Of a stretch of DNA of 64,000 nt, positions 47,100 to 57,024 are shown one piece after another. This DNA comes from Oligoflexia bacterium (GTDB lineage: Bacteria; Bdellovibrionota; UBA1018): assembly GCA_963758495.1 (NCBI GenBank), contig CAVWVI010000004.1, forward strand, positions 512,001 to 576,000. The letters are read 5' to 3'. Numbering within the stretch: position 1 is the first letter of the stretch; every line of letters starts with the position of its first letter. Position numbers and translations under genes: made by a program. Below the pieces are notes generated by a model. The model searched no databases and had not been told where the DNA came from. It worked only from the letters and a program-made list of their open reading frames with translations.

Positions 47100-48816
47100 A
47101 TAAAGTTTGATGTTCTCCCGACTCTCTCATCCCAGATAAGCCATAGCCGGTAAGACGGTTACGATAATAATAGAGTAAGTTCATGTCTTCAGTCCAAATG
47201 ACATTTTGTTGAACTTTCACTACTGCAGAATCATGCAAAAATCCCAATTGCTTCACACCATCTTTTACCCAGCTTTCCGTATTTGAAGTTTGAAGCTCTG
47301 GAGAAAGAAAAAGCTCGCCTCGCTGAGCACGCACTTGAACTTTTTTGTGAAATATTTCTGCCGAACTCATAAAGCTAGAAAATGGCATCGATCGCTGCGC
47401 CAGTGAGAGTCTTAAAAATCGATACAATTCAAAATCCGGATATTTGCTTCGCAAAGTCTCAAACAAAGCAAACGCGACCAAATGAGAAGTTAAAACAGTA
47501 TTTTCTTTATGAAAACGATCGGCGAGCCTCACCCCTAACTCACGAGTATACTCTTGATCTCTCTGCGGCTCTCTTTTCAATTCTCCTCGGGTGGTCAACC
47601 AGCGAGTCGGATCTACCCAAGTCCCATTAGGACCTATAGATTGCCCTTCTTCATCCACCAAATTTCCAAAAATATCGAGAGGCTTTCCAATTCGGACCGT
47701 AATACCGGTTTGCGACGAAAATATTTTCCAAAAAAATCCAATCACTTTACTGAGCTGCCAAGACTCATCATCCATCGAGATGAATTTATGCTTACCCGAC
47801 TCCGCCAAATAATCCTCAATCAAGGAACTCGCCTCTAAAATAAAATGATAACTCGTTACCATCGGCACAATAAATATTTTAGATTTTGGATTCCCGGCTA
47901 ACATCCCCTCGAGCTGCGCATCGAGTCCGGTCCCTAAGAGACCCAGCTTCACGCGGCTTTCAATAGCACCACTTCGAGAACGTCCTCCCCCAGGAAAAAA
48001 AATCGAGTGAATCCCCTCTTTTAATATCCGGGTGCTGTAATTTTTTAAAGTATGTTTGTAAATTACATTCGCCTTCTGGCGGTCTACCGCATAAGCACCC
48101 AGGCGACTCATGAAAAAACTGAGTACAGGATTCGAGTAAAGATTCAGCCCTGCGCCATACGCAAAGGGAGGCAAAGACATCAGATAAATGACGTACCCAA
48201 TCAAAACACTATCAATATTGCTTTGATGTGTAGGCACTAAAAGAATAGTCCCTTTTTCCGCTAATTTTTGAAGTGCCGGAACTTCCCCAAGAATGTGCAG
48301 GCGGGAAGCCAAAGATTCCGTCATGCCCCAGGGAAGAAATCTTTTAACGCTCGCCGCATTCAGAAGCCAACTAAAACACCAGGGCACTGCCCTCACCGCA
48401 CACTGATAAACCCAAGGATCAAAGTGCCCTCCGATTTCCTGTGCATAATGATCAATCACCTTTTCAAGGAGATCATTTCGATCCAATTCGGCAGGGGGCT
48501 TAAGCAAACCTGCTTGCACCTCATTCCAAATTCTTCGATCTCCATTCAATCGAGATCGAGTAAATAAATTTCCCCGATTCCTTTTCAGCCTGAGCCGCTC
48601 CAAATAGAGCGCTTCCCCCAATAATTCTTCGGAAGGCATGCTCGATAAGTCTTCTTGGGTTTTCGTCAGAACTTCCTGAAGTAACTGTGGCCTGATTTTA
48701 TCTAATCGAGATAAAGGCCCCGCCACGACCGGAACCTGTTTAAATTGAATAGAAGGATGACTTCCTCCTCCACTCACTTGAGTCTCAACTTTCACCCCTG
48801 TGTTTCCTCTAAGCAC
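47065..48816 (-). CDS. Glycerol-3-phosphate acyltransferase, PlsB-like
   Basis: HxxxxD motif PTHQSNID; FFPGGGRSRSG; adjacent to gpsA. Confidence 0.85.
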   Translation of the reverse strand: MLRGNTGVKVETQVSGGGSHPSIQFKQVPVVAGPLSRLDKIRPQLLQEVLTKTQEDLSSMPSEELLGEALYLERLRLKRNRGNLFTRSRLNGDRRIWNEVQAGLLKPPAELDRNDLLEKVIDHYAQEIGGHFDPWVYQCAVRAVPWCFSWLLNAASVKRFLPWGMTESLASRLHILGEVPALQKLAEKGTILLVPTHQSNIDSVLIGYVIYLMSLPPFAYGAGLNLYSNPVLSFFMSRLGAYAVDRQKANVIYKHTLKNYSTRILKEGIHSIFFPGGGRSRSGAIESRVKLGLLGTGLDAQLEGMLAGNPKSKIFIVPMVTSYHFILEASSLIEDYLAESGKHKFISMDDESWQLSKVIGFFWKIFSSQTGITVRIGKPLDIFGNLVDEEGQSIGPNGTWVDPTRWLTTRGELKREPQRDQEYTRELGVRLADRFHKENTVLTSHLVAFALFETLRSKYPDFELYRFLRLSLAQRSMPFSSFMSSAEIFHKKVQVRAQRGELFLSPELQTSNTESWVKDGVKQLGFLHDSAVVKVQQNVIWTEDMNLLYYYRNRLTGYGLSGMRESGEHQTLFGQNDGQGFLA

Positions 48817-49472
48817 CGAGGCATTATCACTAACAGTTGGCCTTTTCGCAAGCAGACTTGAAAATTTCTTCTCAGGGTTCGGTTACTGAGGCCATGTGAC
48901 GATAATCCTAACCGTCCATTTTTTAAGGGATAATGAAACCCTGTTAAAGTCACACCCTGGGCAGGACTTCCAATGGGAAAAATTGACACAGTACTTCCCA
49001 CCGGCGCAGTCCCCTTCCATCGAGGAATTGCCGCCGAAAGAAAATGATACTGGCCCTCTACTCCCACCGCTTGCACACTTTTTAACTTCCCATAAACTCC
49101 GGTTGAAAACCGAGACAGATCATAAAGCATCGCCAAATGATGATCGGGTCGCCCTCCTGTCACCCCTGTGCAGACAATCTCGTGCGCACCTGCCTCAATC
49201 GCTGCAATCACCGCATAAAAAAGATCACTTCGATCTTTTTCCGTAGGCAAAGTGATATGAGGCGTACCCCATAATAGATTTTTCTTGGCGAGACTATCCC
49301 AATCACCGACTGCAAACTGGGCGCGTAAGCCCCATTTCTTTAAAATGAGAGCCCCCCCATCCACACCGATGAGCATATCCGTGGATTTGATCTTTAAAGA
49401 GACGAGCAAGTCTTTTTGCTCACGATCGGAGGGCTCGACGGGGCCCATTAAAATGGCTCTCGTTTTCTTCAT
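48792..49472 (-). CDS. thiN: Thiamine pyrophosphokinase
   Basis: GVDGG, VGDWDS, EKDRSD, GGRPDH, GFHYPL, GLSN. Confidence 0.92.
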   Translation of the reverse strand: MKKTRAILMGPVEPSDREQKDLLVSLKIKSTDMLIGVDGGALILKKWGLRAQFAVGDWDSLAKKNLLWGTPHITLPTEKDRSDLFYAVIAAIEAGAHEIVCTGVTGGRPDHHLAMLYDLSRFSTGVYGKLKSVQAVGVEGQYHFLSAAIPRWKGTAPVGSTVSIFPIGSPAQGVTLTGFHYPLKNGRLGLSSHGLSNRTLRRNFQVCLRKGQLLVIMPRCLEETQG

Positions 49473-49530
49473 TGCACAATTACTTTTTTTTCAATTATTC
49501 AATTATTCAATTATTTTTGGGGTCACTGGT

Positions 49531-52395
49531 TCAATTGTTCACTTGGCGTTGAAACTTTGCAAGCGCCGCTTCCAACTCAGTCCGCTTTGCCAGTAGCTCC
49601 TGTTCTCGGCGTCGTTCCTTCTCCACCAACTGCGGAGGAGCTTTGGCTATAAAAGTTTCCTGAGAGAGTTTATTTTGCACAAAAGCAAGATCAGCATTCA
49701 ATTTTTCAATTTCCTTTTTAATCCGCTTCGCTTCCTCTTCAACATTCACCAAACCTTTGAGATAAATTCGGAACTCCAAAGCAGGATGTGCAATCGAAAT
49801 AACTGCCTGCATATTCCCTTCTGGGTCACTTGATAAATCTCCAGCCTGAGAATTCAACATAAACTTGGAGACACGAGCGAGCAATTGAATCTTCGGAGCA
49901 TGCATTCGAATAAATGAAACGGCAAGCGCCGACCCTGGAATATAATAAACAGGGAATTCAACTTTTGGAGAAATCCCATTTTCCCCTCGGAAATTACGAA
50001 TCGCTTCAACAATACCCTGAATCGCTTCAATCGTCGTTTCAGAATCCTTGCTTTTAAATACCGACTTCGACTCAGGAAAAGACTGGAGCATGAGCGTATA
50101 AATTTCAGGCTTACGCTCAAGAACCCTATTGATGGTTTTCACGGGCTTTCTCCAGGGCAAAGACATCCATAACTCTTCAGTAAGAAAAGGCATAAAAGGA
50201 TGCATCAACCGAAAGAGCTCTTCTAGTACATAACGAAGAGTATAGATCGTTTGCAGCCTGGATTCTCCTCCATCTCGGAGGTGCTGCTTGGAAAATTCAA
50301 TGTACCAGTCACAAAGCTCGTGCCATGTAAATTCGTAAAGAGCTTGAGCAGACAGATTCAACTCAAATTTCTCCAAACCTTGTGTAACGACCTCAATCAC
50401 TTTTTGGAGTCTCGACAGAATCCAGAGATTCGCTACATGAAATTCAACTCGATGATCCAAGAGCCATTTCTCCACACCTCCAGCGGGCTCAGGAACCTCC
50501 CCTCCCTGTGCAGGCTCAAACTGCATATGAAAAAACTTCGTAGCATTCCAAAGTTTATTACAAAATGCCCGATACCCTTCGACTCGATCTAACGAGAGCT
50601 TAATGTCGCGACCTTGCCCCGCCATAATAGCCAAAGTAAACCGAAGAGGATCGGCACCATGCTGATCGATCACCACCAATGGATCAATCACATTTCCTTT
50701 GGACTTGGACATTTTCTCGCCCTTTTCGTCCCTCACCATGGCGTGCAAATACACATTCCGAAAAGGAACCTCTCCCATGAAATGAATTCCCATCATAATC
50801 ATGCGAGCTACCCAAAAGAAAATAATGTCAAAACCCGTTTCCAAAATGGAAGTAGGATAAAAAGTCTCCAAAGCTTGTGTCTTCTCCGGCCACCCCAGAG
50901 TAGAGAAAGGCCAAAGTGCAGAGCTGAACCACGTATCTAAAACATCTTCATCCTGTTTCAATTCAGAACCAGGAGCCTTGCAATGACTACATTGAAGTGG
51001 CGCTTGCTTGTCGACTGTCACTTCTTGACAATTTCCGCAGTACCAAGCAGGAATTTGATGCCCCCACCAAAGTTGGCGTGAAATACACCAATCCCGAATA
51101 TTAAACATCCAATCGTAATAAGTCTTTTCCCAGCTTTCAGGAGAGAATTTAATCTTCCCAGACTGCACCGCCTCAATCGCAGGCTTTGCTAAAGGTTCGA
51201 TTTTAACAAACCATTGTTTAGAAATCATGGGTTCAGCCACAGTCTCACACCGTTGACAAAGACCCACTTTATGAGCGTGATCCTCGACCTTCACCAAGAG
51301 GCCGGCATCTTTTAAGTCTTGAACGATTTTTTCACGGGCCTCTACAAACTTGAGTCCAGCGTAAATACCCCCTTCAGGCGTGATCCGACCTTCCTTACCC
51401 ATAACCGAAACGATAGGGAGCCCATGCCTTTTACCCAGTTCGTAATCGTTAAAATCATGAGCCGGAGTCACTTTAAGACCCCCACTCCCGAACTCCTTAT
51501 CGACATAGGCATCGGCGATCACTGGAATCAGTCTTCCCACCAAGGGAAGCACCGCCTTCTTCCCGATCAAATGTTGATACCTTTCATCTTCGGGATGTAC
51601 CGCCACTGCCGTATCACCCAAGAGAGTTTCAGGACGAGTCGTTGCAATCACGAGCTGCGCAGCACTGCCATCGGCATTCAAAACCGGCGAACCCTGATCA
51701 TCGACTATCTTATAAATGAGATGCCAAAAGTGACCTTTTCGGTCGGTCGGAACCACTTCAAGATCCGAAAGCGCCGTCTGGCATCGAGGACACCAGTTAA
51801 TGATTCTCTCCCCCCGATAAATCAAACCCTCATGATAGAGGCGGACAAAAACTTCTCGAACTGCCGCTGAAAGCCCCTCATCCATCGTGAATCGTTCACG
51901 ACTCCAATCCAAAGAAGATCCCATTCTTTTCAACTGCTTTGTAATCTGACTCCCGTGCTCTTCCTTCCAAGCCCAGGTTCGCTCAATAAACTTCTCTCGT
52001 CCCAAATCATGCCGAGAAAGTGGCCTTCCCGTCGGCCCTTTCCCTTCCTTGGCAATCGCCTTTTCTACTTGGGCTTGAGTTGCAATCCCCGCATGGTCCG
52101 TTCCCGGCAACCAGAGCGCATTATCCCCGCTCATCCTTCGCCACCGAATCAGGATATCCTGAATCGTATTTGTCAATGCATGGCCCATATGTAAAACCCC
52201 CGTCACATTGGGGGGCGGAATGACGATGGAGAACGCTTTCTGCCCAGGAGCACTCTGATCCGAGGCCTTAAAGCACTCATTCTTCTCCCAAAACTCATAA
52301 ATTTGAGATTCAAAACCGGCCGGCTCATAGCTTTTCGCTAAGGGACGTGTAGGCATTTCAATAGGCTTCGACTGCGATGACGTTTGAGAACTCAT
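49531..52395 (-). CDS. valS: Valyl-tRNA synthetase
   Basis: PPPNVTGVLHMGHA, DWCISRQLWWGH, KMSKS, C-terminal coiled coil. Confidence 0.98.
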   Translation of the reverse strand: MSSQTSSQSKPIEMPTRPLAKSYEPAGFESQIYEFWEKNECFKASDQSAPGQKAFSIVIPPPNVTGVLHMGHALTNTIQDILIRWRRMSGDNALWLPGTDHAGIATQAQVEKAIAKEGKGPTGRPLSRHDLGREKFIERTWAWKEEHGSQITKQLKRMGSSLDWSRERFTMDEGLSAAVREVFVRLYHEGLIYRGERIINWCPRCQTALSDLEVVPTDRKGHFWHLIYKIVDDQGSPVLNADGSAAQLVIATTRPETLLGDTAVAVHPEDERYQHLIGKKAVLPLVGRLIPVIADAYVDKEFGSGGLKVTPAHDFNDYELGKRHGLPIVSVMGKEGRITPEGGIYAGLKFVEAREKIVQDLKDAGLLVKVEDHAHKVGLCQRCETVAEPMISKQWFVKIEPLAKPAIEAVQSGKIKFSPESWEKTYYDWMFNIRDWCISRQLWWGHQIPAWYCGNCQEVTVDKQAPLQCSHCKAPGSELKQDEDVLDTWFSSALWPFSTLGWPEKTQALETFYPTSILETGFDIIFFWVARMIMMGIHFMGEVPFRNVYLHAMVRDEKGEKMSKSKGNVIDPLVVIDQHGADPLRFTLAIMAGQGRDIKLSLDRVEGYRAFCNKLWNATKFFHMQFEPAQGGEVPEPAGGVEKWLLDHRVEFHVANLWILSRLQKVIEVVTQGLEKFELNLSAQALYEFTWHELCDWYIEFSKQHLRDGGESRLQTIYTLRYVLEELFRLMHPFMPFLTEELWMSLPWRKPVKTINRVLERKPEIYTLMLQSFPESKSVFKSKDSETTIEAIQGIVEAIRNFRGENGISPKVEFPVYYIPGSALAVSFIRMHAPKIQLLARVSKFMLNSQAGDLSSDPEGNMQAVISIAHPALEFRIYLKGLVNVEEEAKRIKKEIEKLNADLAFVQNKLSQETFIAKAPPQLVEKERRREQELLAKRTELEAALAKFQRQVNN

Positions 52396-52430
52396 ATAAC
52401 GCAGACTTTAACACGGCCTGCTCCAGAGGG

Positions 52431-52595
52431 CTACAATGATTGGCCAGCGAATACACCAGCACGGTCAATGAGGCTCTGGTCGGGTCGAATTCCTGTATAC
52501 AGAACAAACTGCTCCACTGCCTGCAATAAAGTCACTTCAGCACCTGCAATAAGTGACTTTTTAGCTTCCCTTGCTTTTTGAATCAAGGAGGTTCC
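52431..52595 (-). pseudogene. Orphan 3' end of a shikimate-dehydrogenase-like gene
   Basis: Reads GTPLIQKAREAKKSLIAGAEVTLLQAVEQFVLYTGIRPDQ...SL*; no 5' part present. Confidence 0.75.
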
Positions 52596-52642
52596 GTGTA
52601 AGTCGTTACACGCAAGGAGTAGTTATCGAGGCGAAGAGTCTT

Positions 52643-52797
52643 TACCTGATTGGGTATATTTTATATAAACATTAAGAACTTGTACCCGATCAGGTATAAA
52701 TAGCTCAAAAAAACTAATCGATTGAAAGTGCTGCTTTCAAACCCGCTTCGACTTCAAAAAGAATCTCTTTGGAAATCATTCCAATTCTCTCATTCAA
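52643..52797. repeat. Direct repeat copy A (hip operators plus mazF tail); copy B at 56092-56245
   Basis: Near-identical ~155-bp blocks 3449 bp apart. Confidence 0.92.
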
Positions 52798-53061
52798 CTT
52801 TGACCGATCCAGCGTTGTGACTTGATGACAGAGCGCCACACTACTTTCTTTAAGGCCCGCAGTCCCTTTAGCAAGAACTATCGCAGTAGGACCTCTCCGA
52901 GCCTGCTTATCTGATGTAGAAACCGGCACTACGATAATTGAATGCCACTTCATGTTTTCATTAAAAACATCATGGGAAATAATAATAACGGGCCTCTTAC
53001 CAAACTGCTCTGAGCCCGAACGAGGATTCAGATTAGCCCAGTAAATCTCTCCTCGCTTCAC
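52714..53061 (-). CDS. mazF: MazF/PemK family toxin
   Basis: MKRGEIYWANL, GSEQFGKRP, QVTTLD. Confidence 0.9.
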   Translation of the reverse strand: MKRGEIYWANLNPRSGSEQFGKRPVIIISHDVFNENMKWHSIIVVPVSTSDKQARRGPTAIVLAKGTAGLKESSVALCHQVTTLDRSKLNERIGMISKEILFEVEAGLKAALSID

Positions 53062-53333
53062 TGTTTGCCTTCTTCAGTTTTTAATAAATGATCCACACCC
53101 GCTGCTTCGAGTTCCGGGTCAAGATCATAGCGGCTTCCAGCATTTGTTTCTACGTAAGCAACAAGCTCCTGCCGTAAAATTTCCTTCTTCCACTCTTTGA
53201 TCCATGACTCGACCACATCTCGTACAATTTGTGTGGCTGGTTTTTTTAGCCTCTCCGCAGCTTCTCGTAATGCCAAATAAGTATCGTCTGGCAAAGGCAC
53301 ATGAAAATTCTTATTTCTAATGGTGGCTTTCAT
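53058..53333 (-). CDS. Ribbon-helix-helix antitoxin
   Basis: NFHVPLPDDTY..LREAA; acidic tail; overlaps the toxin start. Confidence 0.75.
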   Translation of the reverse strand: MKATIRNKNFHVPLPDDTYLALREAAERLKKPATQIVRDVVESWIKEWKKEILRQELVAYVETNAGSRYDLDPELEAAGVDHLLKTEEGKQ

Positions 53334-53341
53334 ATGCCTTT

Positions 53342-53396
53342 ATTCTATAACGGTTATTATGCCATGTCAAGGTGCCATAAAACTATGGCATAATAA
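53342..53396 (-). promoter_or_regulatory. TA promoter with inverted-repeat operator
   Basis: Minus-strand TTGACA (53370-53365), N17, TAGAAT; inverted repeat TTATTATGCCAT / ATGGCATAATAA. Confidence 0.7.
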
Positions 53397-53531
53397 TTAA
53401 CCACACATAATGCCACAATCGGCTTAAATAAGTGCTATCAATAATTGACATCTACTCTACGGTTATTTACACTACTTACTACTCCACAGGATCATTATGG
53501 GTAACAACACATTCCTAAAATAATATTAAAA

Positions 53532-54481
53532 ATGGCACACCTACGACAAAGACACTTGCTCTATTCGATTCTATCAAATATAGAGTCGATAAAAATCGTC
53601 GCCCCGGAAGTTACTTCTTAACGGGCTCCAGTCAATTCAGTTCTAAATTAGGAATCCGAGAATCGTTAACAGGACGGATAGGACTTCTCAAACTCTATCC
53701 TTTCACACTAGCAGAAGCTCATCAAAAGCCTTTTGCAAAAGAAAAAAACAAACCCATCCATAAAGAGAAACTCGATTTTTCAACAAGCCTAGTTCCTAAA
53801 CATCTTTCTGCGGGCGGATTGCCCGTACCCTTATTCACCCATGAAGACACACTCAGAAAACAATATTATCAAAACTGGCTTGAAACACTTTTATATCGAG
53901 ATGCCGCAAGAATTTTTGGTAGAAATTATGACCCAGATCAGGCTTTTTCCATCTTACGGCAATTTGGGCAATTACTCACTGAAGGAGAATTGCCGACTCT
54001 TAAACACTTTAAACTCAACTCTCGAAAGCTCAAACGCTACCTTGAAGCCTTCGAGATGATTTTTCTTCTCACTAAAATTCCTTGCCATGAATTAGGAGTG
54101 GGATACGACGCCTGGCTCCCTTCAGACTGTGGATTAGGTGCCTATCTTGCTGGAAGCATATTTGGCGAAGGAATCAGCTTATCACTCACCCGTATCTTTA
54201 TTTTGAATGAAATTTTAGCGCTAAACGAATACTCAGGAAATCCCATCCGGCCTATTTACTTTAAAAGCGCCAGGGGCTCTCCCGTTGATTTAATTTGGAA
54301 TCAAATCCCCATTAAGGTGAGCGTAGCTTCACCAGGTCACGCTGCTTACGAAGAAAGGGCTTTAGCCGGATGCATGAAGAAACTGAACTCTCCTCTCGGA
54401 ATTCTAATCACCTCTTCAGATCAAATCGACATTCCAAAAAAATCAGGGATTGCTCATGTCCCTTGGACGTATTGGAGCTAA
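53532..54481 (+). pseudogene. AAA_14/DUF4143 ATPase with internal deletion (Walker A/B lost)
   Basis: MAHLRQRH joined out of frame to LFDSIKYRVDKNRRPGSYFLTGS..RESLTGR; compare the intact paralog at 8103-9281. Confidence 0.8.
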
Positions 54482-54506
54482 AACGCGCAAACCGTCACTA
54501 CTTGAG

Positions 54507-55487
54507 TCAATATGGACTTTCATCAAGATCACTCAAAAGGATACCGGCACGCAATTCAATCAATTCTTCGTAGCGGCTTTTTAATTCAGAAGAAAGAAAG
54601 CTTGCTTTGACTCCATCTTTTATCTTGGGAATGGCTCGTTGCAGCTTTTCAAAACTGTTCTCAATGGCTTTTTTTTGAATTTTCAGTGTTTCTCCCATCG
54701 CTTCAAAATCCTCCCGCGTAAGGCGAGCTTTTTTCCCGTTCACTGTCAGCGCCATTTCCTCGGCGTCATGAATCGGCAATAACTGAGTGGAAATCAGGTC
54801 ATACGCTGGTGCAAGACCCACCTCGCCATTCTTCCGAGTCATCAAGGAAAAATTTTTGAGATGCATATCAGCATTTCCTGTGAGAAATGAAAATAGCGCG
54901 ATATCAAAGAACGTCAGCACATCCAGCCCTGGATGAGATGAATATTTAAGAATAATCTTCCCAGCCTTCTCCATTGAGGTCTTATATTTTCGCTCCGTCA
55001 AAAGCCCACTCAGTTGACAAAAATCTTCAACGGCAACCTTCTTTATTTTTTTCCTGTCTTTCTCTCGATCAAAGCGACGTGTAACATAAGCAAATTCACC
55101 GGATTTCAGCTTGATAAGACCATGAAGCGCTGTAGTAATTCCCGCTGCTTCCGCCATATGCATGGTTACATCTTCAATTACCGGAATGTCTGGAAAACGC
55201 GAGCTGGGTGGTTTCAGAATAAAATCGCCCCATAAACCGACAATCATCAACCGATGTGACGGATCATCTTTTCGTCTTTCTAGATCAACCGAGATCTTAG
55301 GTTGAACCCCGGTAATCCCGAGATGACGACTGAGTGCGACCTTTGCGAGTTCTTCCAAATGTTCTAAACCAAAATCCACGAGAGGTGGGATCTCAGTTCC
55401 GAATAATCTTCGACTGCATCTCTTGTGATAGTCTTCAGAATCTAAATCTAAGGCCTGGTAGCAACCGAGACAATTTTTAGGCATCAC
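54507..55487 (-). CDS. HipA C-terminal kinase (HipT-like toxin)
   Basis: ITGVQPKIS, ILKP, RRFDR, EDFCQL, GNADMHLKNFS, LAPAYD. Confidence 0.92.
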   Translation of the reverse strand: MMPKNCLGCYQALDLDSEDYHKRCSRRLFGTEIPPLVDFGLEHLEELAKVALSRHLGITGVQPKISVDLERRKDDPSHRLMIVGLWGDFILKPPSSRFPDIPVIEDVTMHMAEAAGITTALHGLIKLKSGEFAYVTRRFDREKDRKKIKKVAVEDFCQLSGLLTERKYKTSMEKAGKIILKYSSHPGLDVLTFFDIALFSFLTGNADMHLKNFSLMTRKNGEVGLAPAYDLISTQLLPIHDAEEMALTVNGKKARLTREDFEAMGETLKIQKKAIENSFEKLQRAIPKIKDGVKASFLSSELKSRYEELIELRAGILLSDLDESPY

Positions 55488-55831
55488 ATTTCACCCTCAT
55501 CTTCAGCCACTACACTCACATTTCCAATGCAGTCTTTGCATGCAAGGAGTAGGAGACTCATCCGATCCCTTGGATCGATTTTCCAGTTATCGGTGATGAT
55601 GTTGAGGAGCCAACCTTCTGGAATCAATCCATCAAAAAATGGTAGCATAGCTTTCTCTTGATATGGCTCGTTCCGAAGTGGAAGAGTGAGACTAATTGGC
55701 TTAGCGCCCTCATTTTCCAAATAGATTTTGTCGTAGGTGAAAATACAGAAGCCTTCGCGTTCCTCAATCATGCCCGCAAATAGCTCGTCCACAAATACTC
55801 GACCCCGTTTGCGTTCTGTGAATACGGTCAT
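55484..55831 (-). CDS. HipA N-terminal domain protein (HipS-like)
   Basis: PISLTLP, PFFDGLIPEGW, DCIGNVSV. Confidence 0.9.
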   Translation of the reverse strand: MTVFTERKRGRVFVDELFAGMIEEREGFCIFTYDKIYLENEGAKPISLTLPLRNEPYQEKAMLPFFDGLIPEGWLLNIITDNWKIDPRDRMSLLLLACKDCIGNVSVVAEDEGEM

Positions 55832-56040
55832 TCTTCAACCTCCCGCTTTGCCGGAACGGGTCCTACGGTATGACCAAAGAGAAGCAGCACCTGCTCAACC
55901 TTATCGAGGCGAAGAGTTTTTTTATTATTTTCGAGTTCTCGTATAAAGCGCAATCCGACACCCGCTCGCTGGGCGAGTTCTGCCTGAGTGAGCTTGACTT
56001 GCTTCCGCTTCCTTCTAACAAATTCAGCTAATTCTTCCAT
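55828..56040 (-). CDS. HipB-like XRE HTH regulator
   Basis: LTQAELAQRAGVGLRFIRELE; ATG 56040 preferred because 56076 lies among the operators. Confidence 0.9.
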   Translation of the reverse strand: MEELAEFVRRKRKQVKLTQAELAQRAGVGLRFIRELENNKKTLRLDKVEQVLLLFGHTVGPVPAKREVEE

Positions 56041-56050
56041 AAGAAAATCA

Positions 56051-56145
56051 TACCCGATCAGGTATAAAAATACCAATATAGATAAATTTCGTACCCGATT
56101 GGGTATATTTTACATAAATATTAAGAACTTGTACCCGATCAGGTA
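56051..56145. promoter_or_regulatory. Three HipB-type palindromic operators
   Basis: TACCCGATCAGGTA (56051), TACCCGATTGGGTA (56092), TACCCGATCAGGTA (56132); spacing 41 and 40 bp. Confidence 0.8.
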
Positions 56146-56161
56146 TAAATAGTTCAAAAAA

Positions 56162-56326
56162 CTAATCGATTGAAAGTGCTGCTTTAAAACCGGCTTCGAC
56201 TTCAAAAAGAATCTCTTTGGAAATCATTCCAATTCTCTCATTCAATTTTTAATAAATGATCCACGCTCACTGCTTCGAGTTCTGAGTCAAGATCATAGAG
56301 GCTTCCAGCATTTGCTTCTACGTAAG
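56162..56326 (-). pseudogene. Internally deleted second copy of the antitoxin-mazF pair
   Basis: mazF tail (to 56245) fused to 56246-56326, which matches antitoxin 53078-53158. Confidence 0.85.
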
Positions 56327-56334
56327 TAGCAAAC

Positions 56335-57018
56335 CTAAAAAAATTGAGACCCATCCACTTTCTTCAGCAAATACACCCGACTGAAAACTCGCACATTTTG
56401 AAACTTCGGATTCCCTTTTGAAATCTCTGGAATCTCTTCACTCAAAACACAATTCACTTGAAATGCATCCCGATACAACTCATTCACTTCCGCGTCTGAT
56501 ACCGAAAAAGGAGGCCCTTGAGCTAAATCTTGAGGATACTCAATCGCAATCAACAACATCTGAAGCGAGCCGCATACGCCCCCTGATTCCATGAGTGCAG
56601 TCAGATGCGAAACGTATTTCCTTCTTAAATCTGGAGACAATGCAATCAGTGCAGCTCGATCATAAACGAGTGAAACACCCGCAAGATCCGTTGGTCTAAT
56701 TTTAAAAAAATCCCCACAATAGAGAGTGTAATTTGCACCCCGATAAACCGTAAACTCTCCGGAGATTTTTTTTTGGTACGGTTGGCGGATGATCTCATTA
56801 AAGAACGCCTCACACGCAATCGCACTGAGCTCAACCCCAATGACTTGATGCCCCTGCTGCGCAAGCCAAACCATATCGTAGCTTTTCCCACACAATGGCA
56901 CCAAAACCTTACTGGGAGATACTTTTGGAAAATACTCAATCAGGTCGGGCTCAAAATCCTTCTGATGAAACCCTATTTCACCAGCCTTCCAACGACTTAA
57001 CCAAAACTTGGGTTCCAT
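56335..57018 (-). CDS. tpm: Thiopurine S-methyltransferase
   Basis: W..GEIGFH, VLVPLCGKS.DM, YDRAALIAL, GPPFSV. Confidence 0.92.
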   Translation of the reverse strand: MEPKFWLSRWKAGEIGFHQKDFEPDLIEYFPKVSPSKVLVPLCGKSYDMVWLAQQGHQVIGVELSAIACEAFFNEIIRQPYQKKISGEFTVYRGANYTLYCGDFFKIRPTDLAGVSLVYDRAALIALSPDLRRKYVSHLTALMESGGVCGSLQMLLIAIEYPQDLAQGPPFSVSDAEVNELYRDAFQVNCVLSEEIPEISKGNPKFQNVRVFSRVYLLKKVDGSQFF

Positions 57019-57024
57019 CTTGCT

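Noticed and set aside
49854..52223. Many short alternative-frame and antisense ORFs inside valS and other long genes
   Set aside because: Fully nested in conserved genes with no independent coding signal.
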